Source of the DNA: Myxococcota bacterium
Lineage (GTDB): Bacteria; Myxococcota_A; UBA9160; SMWR01
NCBI GenBank assembly: GCA_022447545.1
Contig: JAKVBI010000014.1
Location: 34,336-98,335, forward strand
DNA: 64,000 nt
Reading direction: 5' to 3'
Both the position numbers and the translations under genes were made by a program. The notes under the pieces are model-generated. The model had not been told where the DNA came from and ran no database searches. It saw nothing but the letters and a program-made list of their open reading frames with translations. The stretch's first letter is position 1; each line of letters begins with the position of its first letter. Positions 10,127 through 18,953 of the stretch are shown piece by piece.

Positions 10127-10969
10127 ATGCGAGGGTCCGCAAGAGAACGGGAGAAGTGGTGGGTCCAGGCGTTGTCTTCGTTTGGCGTCAAGGCGTTGTC
10201 CATTGCCGTGGGCCTCTTGTGTGCCGAGGTGGGGCCTTCGCTTGCCAGTCCGCTTTGGCTGAGCGACGAAGCCGTTCACGTTGGGATTGACCCCACCTCC
10301 GACGATGGGATCTTTCAGTGGCAACTGGGTGAGTCGAGTGTCGATACACGCATCTGGTGGTGGTTGGAAGTGGATGGGCGGACTGCTCGATCGCTGGATC
10401 AATTCGATCTCGAAGTCGATCGCGATGAGGAATGGGTGGAGATCGAAAGAGAGGCCCGCCGAGGTTTGGAGTTCGAAAACAACCTGATGCTGGTCAGCGG
10501 GGACGAGGCGGGATCCGAGGCGATCCTCCTGCAGGTTCTCGAGGTCGAAAATGAGTGGCGGCGAAGAGATCTCTCGGTGCGGGTACTTCTATTGGCCGAT
10601 TTGAGGCTCGGTCCCGAGATTCCTGTCGAGGTGGGAGCCATCGAGGATCCTGTCAGCCGCGTCCTCACGACCGGCGGGGGGTTGACGCTCGATACGCGTT
10701 TTACTCTGGTGCCGAACCGTCTGAGCATCGGGGAGCCCGAAAGGTTGATCGCTGATTTTCTTTCGCCCATTGCAGGCGAGAACTCGAACCGGTTTCCGGT
10801 GTTGCATCAGGCTTGGGCCGCCGAATGGTGGTTTGAACTGGGACCCGGTGATGAAGCGGAGTTTTCGGTGGGGATGAGTCTGGCCCCGGAGCCCTCCTCG
10901 TCTTTACTCTTGGCCGTTGGGTTGGCGGTGCTGGCCAATCGTTCCAGGAGGTACCGATCGGTCGTCTGA
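10127..10969 (+). CDS. PEP-CTERM sorting-domain protein (hypothetical cargo)
   Basis: C-terminus is APEPSSSLLLAVGLAVLANRSRRYRSVV (PEP motif + TM + basic cluster). N-terminal signal-like region after ATG 10127. The upstream part of ORF 9752.. looks non-coding. Confidence 0.7.
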   Translation: MRGSAREREKWWVQALSSFGVKALSIAVGLLCAEVGPSLASPLWLSDEAVHVGIDPTSDDGIFQWQLGESSVDTRIWWWLEVDGRTARSLDQFDLEVDRDEEWVEIEREARRGLEFENNLMLVSGDEAGSEAILLQVLEVENEWRRRDLSVRVLLLADLRLGPEIPVEVGAIEDPVSRVLTTGGGLTLDTRFTLVPNRLSIGEPERLIADFLSPIAGENSNRFPVLHQAWAAEWWFELGPGDEAEFSVGMSLAPEPSSSLLLAVGLAVLANRSRRYRSVV

Positions 10970-11056
10970 ACGACTCAATCCGTGACCCGTGGGTGCTCGG
11001 GATCGTGAAGTTCCTGTAGCCCGATTCCTTCCATGCGGTTGCGCGTCCGGTGTTTT

Positions 11057-11656
11057 TCAATCCACGCGTTCGCAGGCTACTTCGTTGAGAAGAACCATTC
11101 CGGCAGGCCCTTCGAATCCGCCCTTGACCCACCAGTCGACTCCGTCCTGCTGGACCTTGGAGGGGTTGCTGCTCTCGGTCTCATAGATGGCGAGATACTT
11201 GGAGGGCGTACGCGTGGGGTCGTCCGACACGTACCGGGTTGCGGCGTAGAAATCGATACTTTCCACCGTGTGGTGGAGATGCCCCGAGTACCACTCGTTG
11301 AAGGTGTCCTCCTCGGCGGGATCGTCACAATCGGTGAAGACGAGGACGACCCCTGCGGTGGGGCCAGAGGCGATGGGGCCGAACTCAGCGATCTTGGTGT
11401 AGCTGGCTACGGTATTCCCTTCACCTGCTTCGATGGACTGGGCTTGCGCCGACGCTTCACCGGTGGATGTCTCATGGATGACGACGTGGCTGGCATCACC
11501 GAGTTCGTATCCCTCGGCCAAACGAAAGGCGGTTCCTCGGCTCGTCCCGTTGGACTCCTGTGAATTCTTTCGCTCTGCTTCCCATTCGGAAGCCTGAGTT
11601 CCCTGGGAGTTCGTCAGGCTCTCGACGATGACTGCATCGTGTTTTCGGCCTTCCAT
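11057..11656 (-). CDS. hypothetical protein
   Basis: The C-terminal half has good GC3 and protein-like sequence (VLVFTDCDDPAEEDTFNEWYSGHLHH...YLAIYETE). Start is uncertain: ATG 11656 or GTG 11716. Confidence 0.5.
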   Translation of the reverse strand: MEGRKHDAVIVESLTNSQGTQASEWEAERKNSQESNGTSRGTAFRLAEGYELGDASHVVIHETSTGEASAQAQSIEAGEGNTVASYTKIAEFGPIASGPTAGVVLVFTDCDDPAEEDTFNEWYSGHLHHTVESIDFYAATRYVSDDPTRTPSKYLAIYETESSNPSKVQQDGVDWWVKGGFEGPAGMVLLNEVACERVD

Positions 11657-11881
11657 GAGTTCGGTGTGTCTCCTCGCCGGTTTACGATTGGAGGGTTCGC
11701 TCCCACGGTACCTCACGTAGCCTCAGGCCGGGGCTGAAAAGGGGGCTCTCCCGTGAGGCGTTTTTCCTGGCGAAGGGGGGTGGACATGGTCCGCTGGGAC
11801 GGTCGAACAGGAGGAGGGATCGATCCGAGCTAGGCTGGTCTCAAATTCACTGAACCATTGGAAAGAAAGGCGAGGGGCATC

Positions 11882-12793
11882 ATGGGCACAGAGCGCTTGT
11901 CGGGACGGGTTGCGATCGTAACCGGGTCGAGCCGGGGAATCGGAAAGGCGATTGCTCTGGCCTTTGCCCGCGAGGGAGCGGCGGTAGCGGTCGCAGCGCG
12001 ATCCGAGGCAGTTTGGGACCCGAGGTTGCCCGGTACGATCCACGAGACCGTCGCGGAGATCGAATCCGCTGGTGGTCGCGCCGTGGCCGTCGCCGCTGAT
12101 CTGTCGATCCCCGCAGACATCGACGGGCTGGTCGAACAGGCACGCGCGGCGCTTGGACCCATCGATTTGCTGGTGAATAATGCCGCCCTCACGGTGCCTG
12201 GTCGTCCGGGTGCGTCTCGGAAGACCGAAGTACGTGCCCCTCAGTCTCCAAAGGAGACGGGTGAGACGGAGACAGTGCCCAAGAACATGGGACGCGGTTC
12301 GTTTCTCGCTTTCCCTCTCAAGGGATTCCGGCTGCACTTCGAGATTGGTTTGTTTGCGAGCTACCGCCTGATGCAACTCGTCGCGCCGGACATGATCGAG
12401 GCGCGACGCGGTGCCATCGTGAACATCAGTTCACTCGCTGCCTTTCTTCCAGGGGATGGTCCCTATGAACGGCCGGGCCGGCCCACCGGCTTTGCGTACG
12501 GGGGCAATAAGGCTGCAATCCACCATTTGACCCAGGCCGTGGCTTTCGAACTCGCGCCCCACGGCATCGCCGTCAACGCTCTTTCGCCATCGGAACCCGT
12601 GATCACGCCTGGCAATCTCGTTGCGGCGGCAGGGGAGGAGGACTGGGCGAGCCCCGACGACTTCGCCGAGGCGACGCTTCGGTTGGCGCTTGCCGACCCC
12701 AAGCGGCAAACCGGTCAGGTTTTGTGGAGCGACGACGTGCTGCATCCCGAGCGGGGCCCGCGGGGCTGGCTACGAGGGCTTCCAGGGCGGTAG
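11882..12793 (+). CDS. SDR-family oxidoreductase (HSDL2-like) with an internal insertion
   Basis: TGSSRGIGKAIA Rossmann motif, LVNNAA, and YGGNKAAIHHL (YxxxK). About 35 extra residues lie between the NNAA block and the next helix. Confidence 0.85.
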   Translation: MGTERLSGRVAIVTGSSRGIGKAIALAFAREGAAVAVAARSEAVWDPRLPGTIHETVAEIESAGGRAVAVAADLSIPADIDGLVEQARAALGPIDLLVNNAALTVPGRPGASRKTEVRAPQSPKETGETETVPKNMGRGSFLAFPLKGFRLHFEIGLFASYRLMQLVAPDMIEARRGAIVNISSLAAFLPGDGPYERPGRPTGFAYGGNKAAIHHLTQAVAFELAPHGIAVNALSPSEPVITPGNLVAAAGEEDWASPDDFAEATLRLALADPKRQTGQVLWSDDVLHPERGPRGWLRGLPGR

Positions 12794-12813
12794 ACCGAGT
12801 GCCCCGTGAGTCT

Positions 12814-13812
12814 TTAGTGCGAGGGGCGCGTGAGCCTGTACAGGGCGCCGATGCTCAAAAGCAGCGCTGTGAATCCCAGCCCTCCTGGTGGGAGGACCGG
12901 CACGTTGTTCGAGCCCCGGAAGGCTGCAACTACGGGTGCATAAGCGGAGATCGTCGCAGCGGCATCGCGGGTTGCATCGCCCAGGGAGGCCGTGCTGGTG
13001 AAATTGCAGGTCTCGAGTGAGCCCGTGAGTGGACTGCAATCCACATCTCCGCTCACGCTGGTTCCACGATTCGAGAATCGCCAGACGTAGCGATAGGCGT
13101 CCAGTCCGGCAAAGGGAACGGCGATGGTCATCACGGTGCGGTATTCGCGGTTCAATGGGGGGTCACCATCGATCGAGAAGGAAGCTTGCTCCTGGACGCC
13201 GTCGCTGTGTTGCGCGCCGAGGAGGTGGGCGCTCTCGTGGGCGACGACGGGTGGGTTTATCCCTCCGTAGGTGAGGTGCACGTAGGCCTCGTCCTCACCA
13301 CCGCCGATGCTCCCCGCACCGTTGCGGGTGGGCCCACCGTCTTGGAAGTCCCGCCAGTAGATGACGATATCTGCCTGGTGAAGATCTCGCAGTGTTTCGA
13401 TGGCCTCCAGGTAGGGGACGTAGGCGGCCGTTCCGAGTTCCGAATTCATCAGTGCGTAGCTGAGGGTAACGGCCCAATTCGAGTCGATGTACGAGAGGTC
13501 GATCTCCTGGTGGTGGACGACTTCGAGGCCGACGTCGATCCCGCTGTTCTGGTAGATCTGGTTCACGTATCCGAAATTGACCTCGAGGAAAGCACCCATC
13601 TCGGTTTCGCCGAAGGTTCTTCCCCAGGTGATGAGTCTGCTCAGATGATCTTCGGCGCTCTGGGGGTAGACGACGAGAACATCGATGAGGGCGGGGGGGG
13701 AGGCGTGGGCGGGCCCGGCGCCTGCGAGTTCGAGATTGGGTACAGGGGTTCCCAAGGACAGGCCGAGGAAGAGGAACAGAGCGACAGCTTTTCGCGTCCA
13801 GCGAGCATTCAC
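12814..13812 (-). CDS. secreted reprolysin-like (HExxHxxGxxH) zinc metalloprotease with a C-terminal VP-x-LP/TM anchor
   Basis: GTG start follows GAGGAG. Signal peptide present. VVAHESAHLLGAQHSDG motif. Tail is NVPVLPPGGLGFTALLLSIGALYRLTRPSH. Confidence 0.75.
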   Translation of the reverse strand: MNARWTRKAVALFLFLGLSLGTPVPNLELAGAGPAHASPPALIDVLVVYPQSAEDHLSRLITWGRTFGETEMGAFLEVNFGYVNQIYQNSGIDVGLEVVHHQEIDLSYIDSNWAVTLSYALMNSELGTAAYVPYLEAIETLRDLHQADIVIYWRDFQDGGPTRNGAGSIGGGEDEAYVHLTYGGINPPVVAHESAHLLGAQHSDGVQEQASFSIDGDPPLNREYRTVMTIAVPFAGLDAYRYVWRFSNRGTSVSGDVDCSPLTGSLETCNFTSTASLGDATRDAAATISAYAPVVAAFRGSNNVPVLPPGGLGFTALLLSIGALYRLTRPSH

Positions 13813-13849
13813 GACTCAGGCTCCTCGAGCACATAGGGAGGCGAGATCT

Positions 13850-14541
13850 TCAACGCGTTTGGTCGAGCATAGCCCGCGTGAAGGGTTCGCCAATTTCGAT
13901 CTGAAGAGGGCCCGATGGGTGACTCGTTTCCAGGTTGTGGGGAGAGGCAACGAGAAGAGGAGAGCGACTCCACATACCCGGGCGCGCGCAGGGTGTTCCG
14001 TCCGCTCTGGGAGATGGACTCGCCTGACCCCGGTTCCGCTGGTCTCTCCTGGACCGCAGTCGCTCCTTGGAATTTCCAGCGACCGGCTCTGACGCCGAAG
14101 AGTTCGCCTTTTACACGATGGCCCGCACGTAGCTTGACTCCTAGGGCTGTCGATGGAGAAAAATCGGGCGGTCGGTGTGATTCAAATCCGCTTCCGTTAG
14201 TGACTCGGCGAGAGGCACTCCGTCGAGATTCGAAGGTCTTCTTTTGAACTTGGCGAGGTGAACATCGTTGGGACGAGGTCCACGACCCCGGCCGGGCCTC
14301 GAAGGACTCTTCCCGCCGGGATCCGACCGACCCCCCGGAATAGGAGGGGTACGCGGAGGTCTTCGTCGTAGATGAAGTGCCAGAGGTCTCCATGATCCAT
14401 CAGCCCCTGGCTGTGGTCGGATGTCACGATGACCACCGTCTGTCGAGGATCGATCAGTTCGTCCAGGCGTCGGACGAGCCGGCCGATCTCCTGATCGGTG
14501 CATGCAACACTCGCGTCGTAGAGGCGAATATTGCGTTCTTG
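13850..14541 (-). pseudogene. 5'-truncated, frameshifted remnant of a sulfatase-like (alkaline-phosphatase superfamily) gene
   Basis: One frame encodes YDASVACTDQEIGRLVRRLDEL...VVIVTSDHSQGLMDHG...LRVPLLFRG...VVDLVPTMF, colinear with the intact paralog at 21989..23341. Continuations (LDGVPLAESL..DRPIF; GELFGVRAGRWKF) lie in the other two frames. The N-terminal catalytic half is absent. Confidence 0.55.
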
Positions 14542-14595
14542 GGCAGAGGTCCGGAGTCAACCGCGGGTCGCACCTTGGGCCCTGGATCAGACCTC

Positions 14596-16716
14596 TCATG
14601 GATGGCCTCGTGCAAGCCTTCTCAGGTGGGCCCGCAATGCCTCGTGATCGACGCGAAAGGCGTGGCTGCGCCCGGACGTTCCAGACGCCACTGGCTCGAA
14701 GATTCCGGGACGCGCTCTCATGAACCCCAGTTCGAGCGTGCGGTTGGGTCCGAGCGATACCACGTATTCGAGATCCATCTCCGACAGCCGGGTTAGCCAG
14801 CTGTTCTCATCGGCAACTCGGGTCAGTTCCCCCATGCGTCGATAGTCGACGATGGACCCATCGCGAGTCAGGGGGACGTAGGTGAGTTGGTTCTGGAGTT
14901 GGGACCCCAACAGCGGATAGCGGTACCAATTGTGGCCGACCCGATCCCAACTGGCAGTGACCGCGAGGCGCGATCCATTCTCCGGGTCGTCCAAATGAGA
15001 CCAAATTGGCCAGGCGTCCGCATAGAGGATGGGAACAGCGTCCCAACTGCGTTTTGCCGCTGCCGCTGCATAGATGGGGTAGCGGTAGGCATCACGGACC
15101 TCGCGAATGAAGGAGGCGGACCCCAGGAGAACGAGCGTCGCCGCCGACATTGCCCAGATGGGCCATTTTCGGAGAAACCAGCTCACGATTGCAGCCAAGC
15201 CGAGGAAGGGCGCGAGTCGGACCAGCAAGCCAGTGACCGCCTCGAGATCCACCTGGCTCCAGCCCATGGGAATCGAGAGGAGGATCTCGCCCGCGATCAC
15301 CACGGGCCACGCGATCCGTGTCCAACGGCCCCGTGTTGTCGATCCCATCACTACGAGGATGCCGAAGGCGGGCAGAACGTAGCGACCTGCCGAGTCGTGC
15401 CAGCCGTGCTGGAACATTGGGATTGCATGGACGGACGCGAAACTGATGACAACGACGAGAATGCCAAAAGCAGTGACCGCTCGGGTTTCTGTTTGGCGCA
15501 GAAGCGTTCCTGCCCCGGCCAAGGCGAGAGTCATCACAATCAGCGTCGTTGGCCCGAAGCCGCGCGTGTCCCGCAGTTGTGTGATGAGTGCTGAATAGAA
15601 GGGAAAGATCGAACCCTCTTGGCCCTCGAACCGTCGATAGTGGAGCCACATGAATTCTTCGTGGCCCGAGAATATCTCCACCCCTCCGAGGGCAAACTCG
15701 ATCGGGAAGATCGGGGAACCAGTTTCGATCCAGGCCCGGAGATAGGGTCGCAGCATGACGGCGCTGACTGCCAAAAGAGCCAGGATCTCCGGAAGCTTCC
15801 AACTCGGGCCCCGGCGAGCACGGTAGAAGAGCAAGATCCCACCGAGTATCGCGATGGGGAGACCCTGGAGTTTGACTGTGGCACAGAGTCCCAATGCCGC
15901 GGCCGCCAGGATGGCCTCGTGGGCGTTCTGTGCCCTCCCGCTCCGCTGGAGGAAATAGAGAGCCAGCAGAACGGTGGTCAGCAGCGGGATGTCGGCGTAG
16001 GCGGACATGAGGTGTTGAGTGACACCGGGCACGAAAGCCACGGTCAGCGCGGCGAATCCCGCATGCTCGATACTTGCGCCCAGGCCCCGCGCGGCGCCAA
16101 AGCCTGCCACGAGGCAGCCAATCCAGATGCCTAGGCCCGTAAACGCCAAGAAGGCGTCGCCACCAGCGGGAAGCATCCCCCACGCATAGAGGATGTCACT
16201 TCCCGGCAGGTAGTACTCGTAGTAGCCCCAGGCATCCGGGGCGGCCTCGGGTGCGAGCCCTTGGTTCTGAACCCAGCGGCCAGCTTTCAACAGATGGTAT
16301 GTGAGTGCATCCCAGGTGAGCGGAGGGGCTGCCAAGCCGCGCAAGGTGCGCGCGAGAATGACCAGGCTCCCGGCGATACCGAGTCCCAGGAGCACAGGTG
16401 ATTTGAGTGCAGTCGAGATTCTCGCAAGATCCCTGCGGGCAGTTGGAATGGCTTGGATTCGGCGCCCCACGATGATCTGGAGAATCGACGCCAGCAGCAG
16501 TGAAGTTCCAACGGCCACTTCCAGCCTGAACGCCTGCAGGGAGGCGAGCCCCCAGAAGAGCGCGATCTTCAGCCAGTACGCGGCGACGACGGTCGCACAC
16601 CCACGGGCGGTGGTGGAAGATGTCCTTACGACGGCGCTACCCAACAGAAATGCGCTCCACAGCAACGCTCCCCAGAGCACTGCTGCAGCCGCCGCCGCCG
16701 AAACCGGTGTGGTCAC
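14596..16716 (-). CDS. polytopic membrane protein, putative GT-C-fold (ArnT/PMT-like) glycosyltransferase
   Basis: 706 aa with at least 12 predicted TM helices and a C-terminal soluble domain of about 170 aa. GTG start follows GAGG. The functional call is weak and based on architecture only. Confidence 0.65.
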   Translation of the reverse strand: MTTPVSAAAAAAVLWGALLWSAFLLGSAVVRTSSTTARGCATVVAAYWLKIALFWGLASLQAFRLEVAVGTSLLLASILQIIVGRRIQAIPTARRDLARISTALKSPVLLGLGIAGSLVILARTLRGLAAPPLTWDALTYHLLKAGRWVQNQGLAPEAAPDAWGYYEYYLPGSDILYAWGMLPAGGDAFLAFTGLGIWIGCLVAGFGAARGLGASIEHAGFAALTVAFVPGVTQHLMSAYADIPLLTTVLLALYFLQRSGRAQNAHEAILAAAALGLCATVKLQGLPIAILGGILLFYRARRGPSWKLPEILALLAVSAVMLRPYLRAWIETGSPIFPIEFALGGVEIFSGHEEFMWLHYRRFEGQEGSIFPFYSALITQLRDTRGFGPTTLIVMTLALAGAGTLLRQTETRAVTAFGILVVVISFASVHAIPMFQHGWHDSAGRYVLPAFGILVVMGSTTRGRWTRIAWPVVIAGEILLSIPMGWSQVDLEAVTGLLVRLAPFLGLAAIVSWFLRKWPIWAMSAATLVLLGSASFIREVRDAYRYPIYAAAAAKRSWDAVPILYADAWPIWSHLDDPENGSRLAVTASWDRVGHNWYRYPLLGSQLQNQLTYVPLTRDGSIVDYRRMGELTRVADENSWLTRLSEMDLEYVVSLGPNRTLELGFMRARPGIFEPVASGTSGRSHAFRVDHEALRAHLRRLARGHP

Positions 16717-16842
16717 GATCGCCTCAGCATAAGAGGTCTATCATCGGGCGCCAACGGACGATTTGGGCTCTCTCGTGACGATGACCGATCCGTCTGCGTG
16801 TGGAACCCTGCTTCGGCTTCCGGCGTGTAGGATGTTCGTTCC

Positions 16843-18132
16843 ATGAGCGACTCTTCGGCGGGGGAAAATACATCGCATCCCACGGACCGGTTCCGGCGGC
16901 ACTCTCGCGGGATCCTCGTGGTTGGTTTCGCCGGAAGTTTTTTTTCGGTCGGCTTCAGCGTCTACCTCTTTGGCGTGTTCCAGGCGGAGATGTTGGAGAC
17001 CTTTGGGGGCAGCGTCACGAAATTCGCTCTTGCCCCTGTGGTGATGTCCATCGTTTCGGGTCTGCTTTCCCCCTTCGTCGGGCGTTCTCTGGCAACTCGA
17101 GGCCGGTCCGGTCTGTCGATCCGGAGTGTGATGATGGCGGGTGCCCTGGCCGTGGGGTTGGGGCTGCTCCTCGTGTCGCGCATGCCCTCTTTAATGTTGG
17201 CCGGTCTCTTTCTGGCTTTGCTGGTGGCACCGGGGATGGTCATGCTCGGACCACTCGTCAACCAGGCGATGGTGATCAACTGGTTTGATCTCACACGTGG
17301 GCGGGCTCTCGGTATCGTGGCAGCGGGAACCACCGTTGCGGGCGGAGTGGTCCCAGTCATGGCGGCCCTACTGATCGAAGCGCTCGGGTGGCGCAATGCC
17401 ATGGCCTCTCTCGGGTTGATGATGCTTGCGATCCCCTTGCCACTTTCCGCCGTATTCGCCCGGACACAACCCGAAGACGTGGGGGAGCACGTCGATGGCC
17501 AGACACAGGAGGTTGCCGAATCTGCTCCAGCGCCGGCGCCTCCGCTGTCCACCCGTCAACTCCTCGAAAGGCCCTCCCTGTGGATACTCGGCCTGGTGTT
17601 CGGCCTGCAATTCTCAGCGGGGACCCTCAGTGTCGTTTTCACCATTCCGTATGCCCAGCAACTCGGTCTGGGGCTGGTGGCCGGTGCGTCGGTGCTGAGT
17701 CTGAGATCGTGGTGTGGAGCGCTCGGAAAGATCCTCCTGGGGTGGCTTTCCGACCATGTGGGCCCGCGCCCAGTGGTCATCGGAGTGCTGATTGTCCAGG
17801 CTGGACTGACGGCGCTGATGATCCAGACTCGGGATCCCGTCTACTTCTCCATTCTCGGCCTGGGGGTCGGTTTTGCCGGAGCGGCGATGCTGCCCCTGAA
17901 GGGTGCGCTGGTGGGGAAACTCTACGGGCAGAGTTCGTTTGCCAGTGCCTTTGGGCTGACTCAACTGGTTGAACTGCCTCTGCAGCTCATCGCTCTCCCT
18001 CTCGCCGGCTTTGTCTACGATGTGACGTCCGACTGGGCGACCGTGTTCGGGTTGACGATTCCGATGTTCCTAGTCGCGTCTATTCTGCTTTGGTTCGTCC
18101 GACCGTCCGATCGTCCGCCCGGGGGGGCTTGA
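16843..18132 (+). CDS. MFS transporter
   Basis: 429 aa with 12 TM-like segments in a 6+6 layout around a central loop. Confidence 0.85.
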   Translation: MSDSSAGENTSHPTDRFRRHSRGILVVGFAGSFFSVGFSVYLFGVFQAEMLETFGGSVTKFALAPVVMSIVSGLLSPFVGRSLATRGRSGLSIRSVMMAGALAVGLGLLLVSRMPSLMLAGLFLALLVAPGMVMLGPLVNQAMVINWFDLTRGRALGIVAAGTTVAGGVVPVMAALLIEALGWRNAMASLGLMMLAIPLPLSAVFARTQPEDVGEHVDGQTQEVAESAPAPAPPLSTRQLLERPSLWILGLVFGLQFSAGTLSVVFTIPYAQQLGLGLVAGASVLSLRSWCGALGKILLGWLSDHVGPRPVVIGVLIVQAGLTALMIQTRDPVYFSILGLGVGFAGAAMLPLKGALVGKLYGQSSFASAFGLTQLVELPLQLIALPLAGFVYDVTSDWATVFGLTIPMFLVASILLWFVRPSDRPPGGA

Positions 18133-18162
18133 CGTGCCCGTGGCGGCTTGGCGATTCAAGGC

Positions 18163-18651
18163 CTAGGTGCGTTTGGCGCCGATCAGCACCGCAGCCATGA
18201 TCAGAGGCTCCTCGCTTGTGACTCTCCAGGCATGGCGGGTGCCGCGCTGAACCACGCAGTCGCCCTGGCGGACAGTCTCGCGACGACCATCGTCGAGTTC
18301 GAGTTCTGCTTGGCCGCTGAGAATGATCACGTAGTCGATGGTGTCAGTGGTGTGCATCGCGGGATCATCGGGGTCGAAATAGTGGGCGATGTCCTCCGTC
18401 ATCGTTCGCGGCCCCCCACGTGGATGTTCACTGACGGGCGGTACGGTGACGAACTTGAATGATGTCTCTCCGTCGACCGGGAAATAACCGATGTCGGCGG
18501 GTGCTTCAGGGGCCGCGGCGTCGGGCACCGAGAGGGGGCCCTGGGTCGACCAGAGTTCATAGGAACCGGTGCCGAGTCCGCGGGGAGGAGTTCCGACGTG
18601 CGAAAACACTGCCTTGCCGTTTTCGTCATGCCCTGTGACCAGTAATTTCAT
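18163..18651 (-). CDS. cupin domain protein
   Basis: ATG 18651 follows GGAGAG. MKLLVTGHDENGKAVF...HTTDTIDYVIILSGQAELELDDG...GDCVVQRGTRHAW is a cupin beta-barrel motif. The N-terminal 96 aa of the ORF-track call look non-coding. Confidence 0.75.
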   Translation of the reverse strand: MKLLVTGHDENGKAVFSHVGTPPRGLGTGSYELWSTQGPLSVPDAAAPEAPADIGYFPVDGETSFKFVTVPPVSEHPRGGPRTMTEDIAHYFDPDDPAMHTTDTIDYVIILSGQAELELDDGRRETVRQGDCVVQRGTRHAWRVTSEEPLIMAAVLIGAKRT

Positions 18652-18953
18652 CGTATTTCTCTCCTGTCTCGAGTGTCTGTCGGGTCGGATTGGGGGTTTC
18701 GATCCGGTATTCGTCCCCTTGAGCGCCGTAGCCTTGGGCTGCGACCGTGGAGCCCCACGATCATGAGCCATGGAACGTGGTCTTGGCGAGCCCAATCGTT
18801 TCTCGAAACCACGGCAGGCCCGCTTGGCGATCCCTCTGTCATTTTCCAGCGGCCGCGGGGTAAGATGCGCCCACGACGGGAATCGCGTGGCTGCGAACCA
18901 GCGAGTGCATGATTCCACTCGCTCCAGAACCCGCGGAAGCAAGGAGATCTGCC

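Noticed and set aside
14165-14195. gattcaaatcc, resembling a tRNA-Sec anticodon loop (UCA)
   Set aside because: The flanks form at most 2 bp of anticodon stem, and there are no acceptor or T arms. The sequence lies inside the sulfatase remnant reading frames.
15092-16183. 363-aa minus-strand ORF (Arg/Pro/Gly-rich)
   Set aside because: It is an out-of-frame shadow of the 706-aa membrane protein gene. Its composition is typical of off-frame translation in GC-rich DNA.
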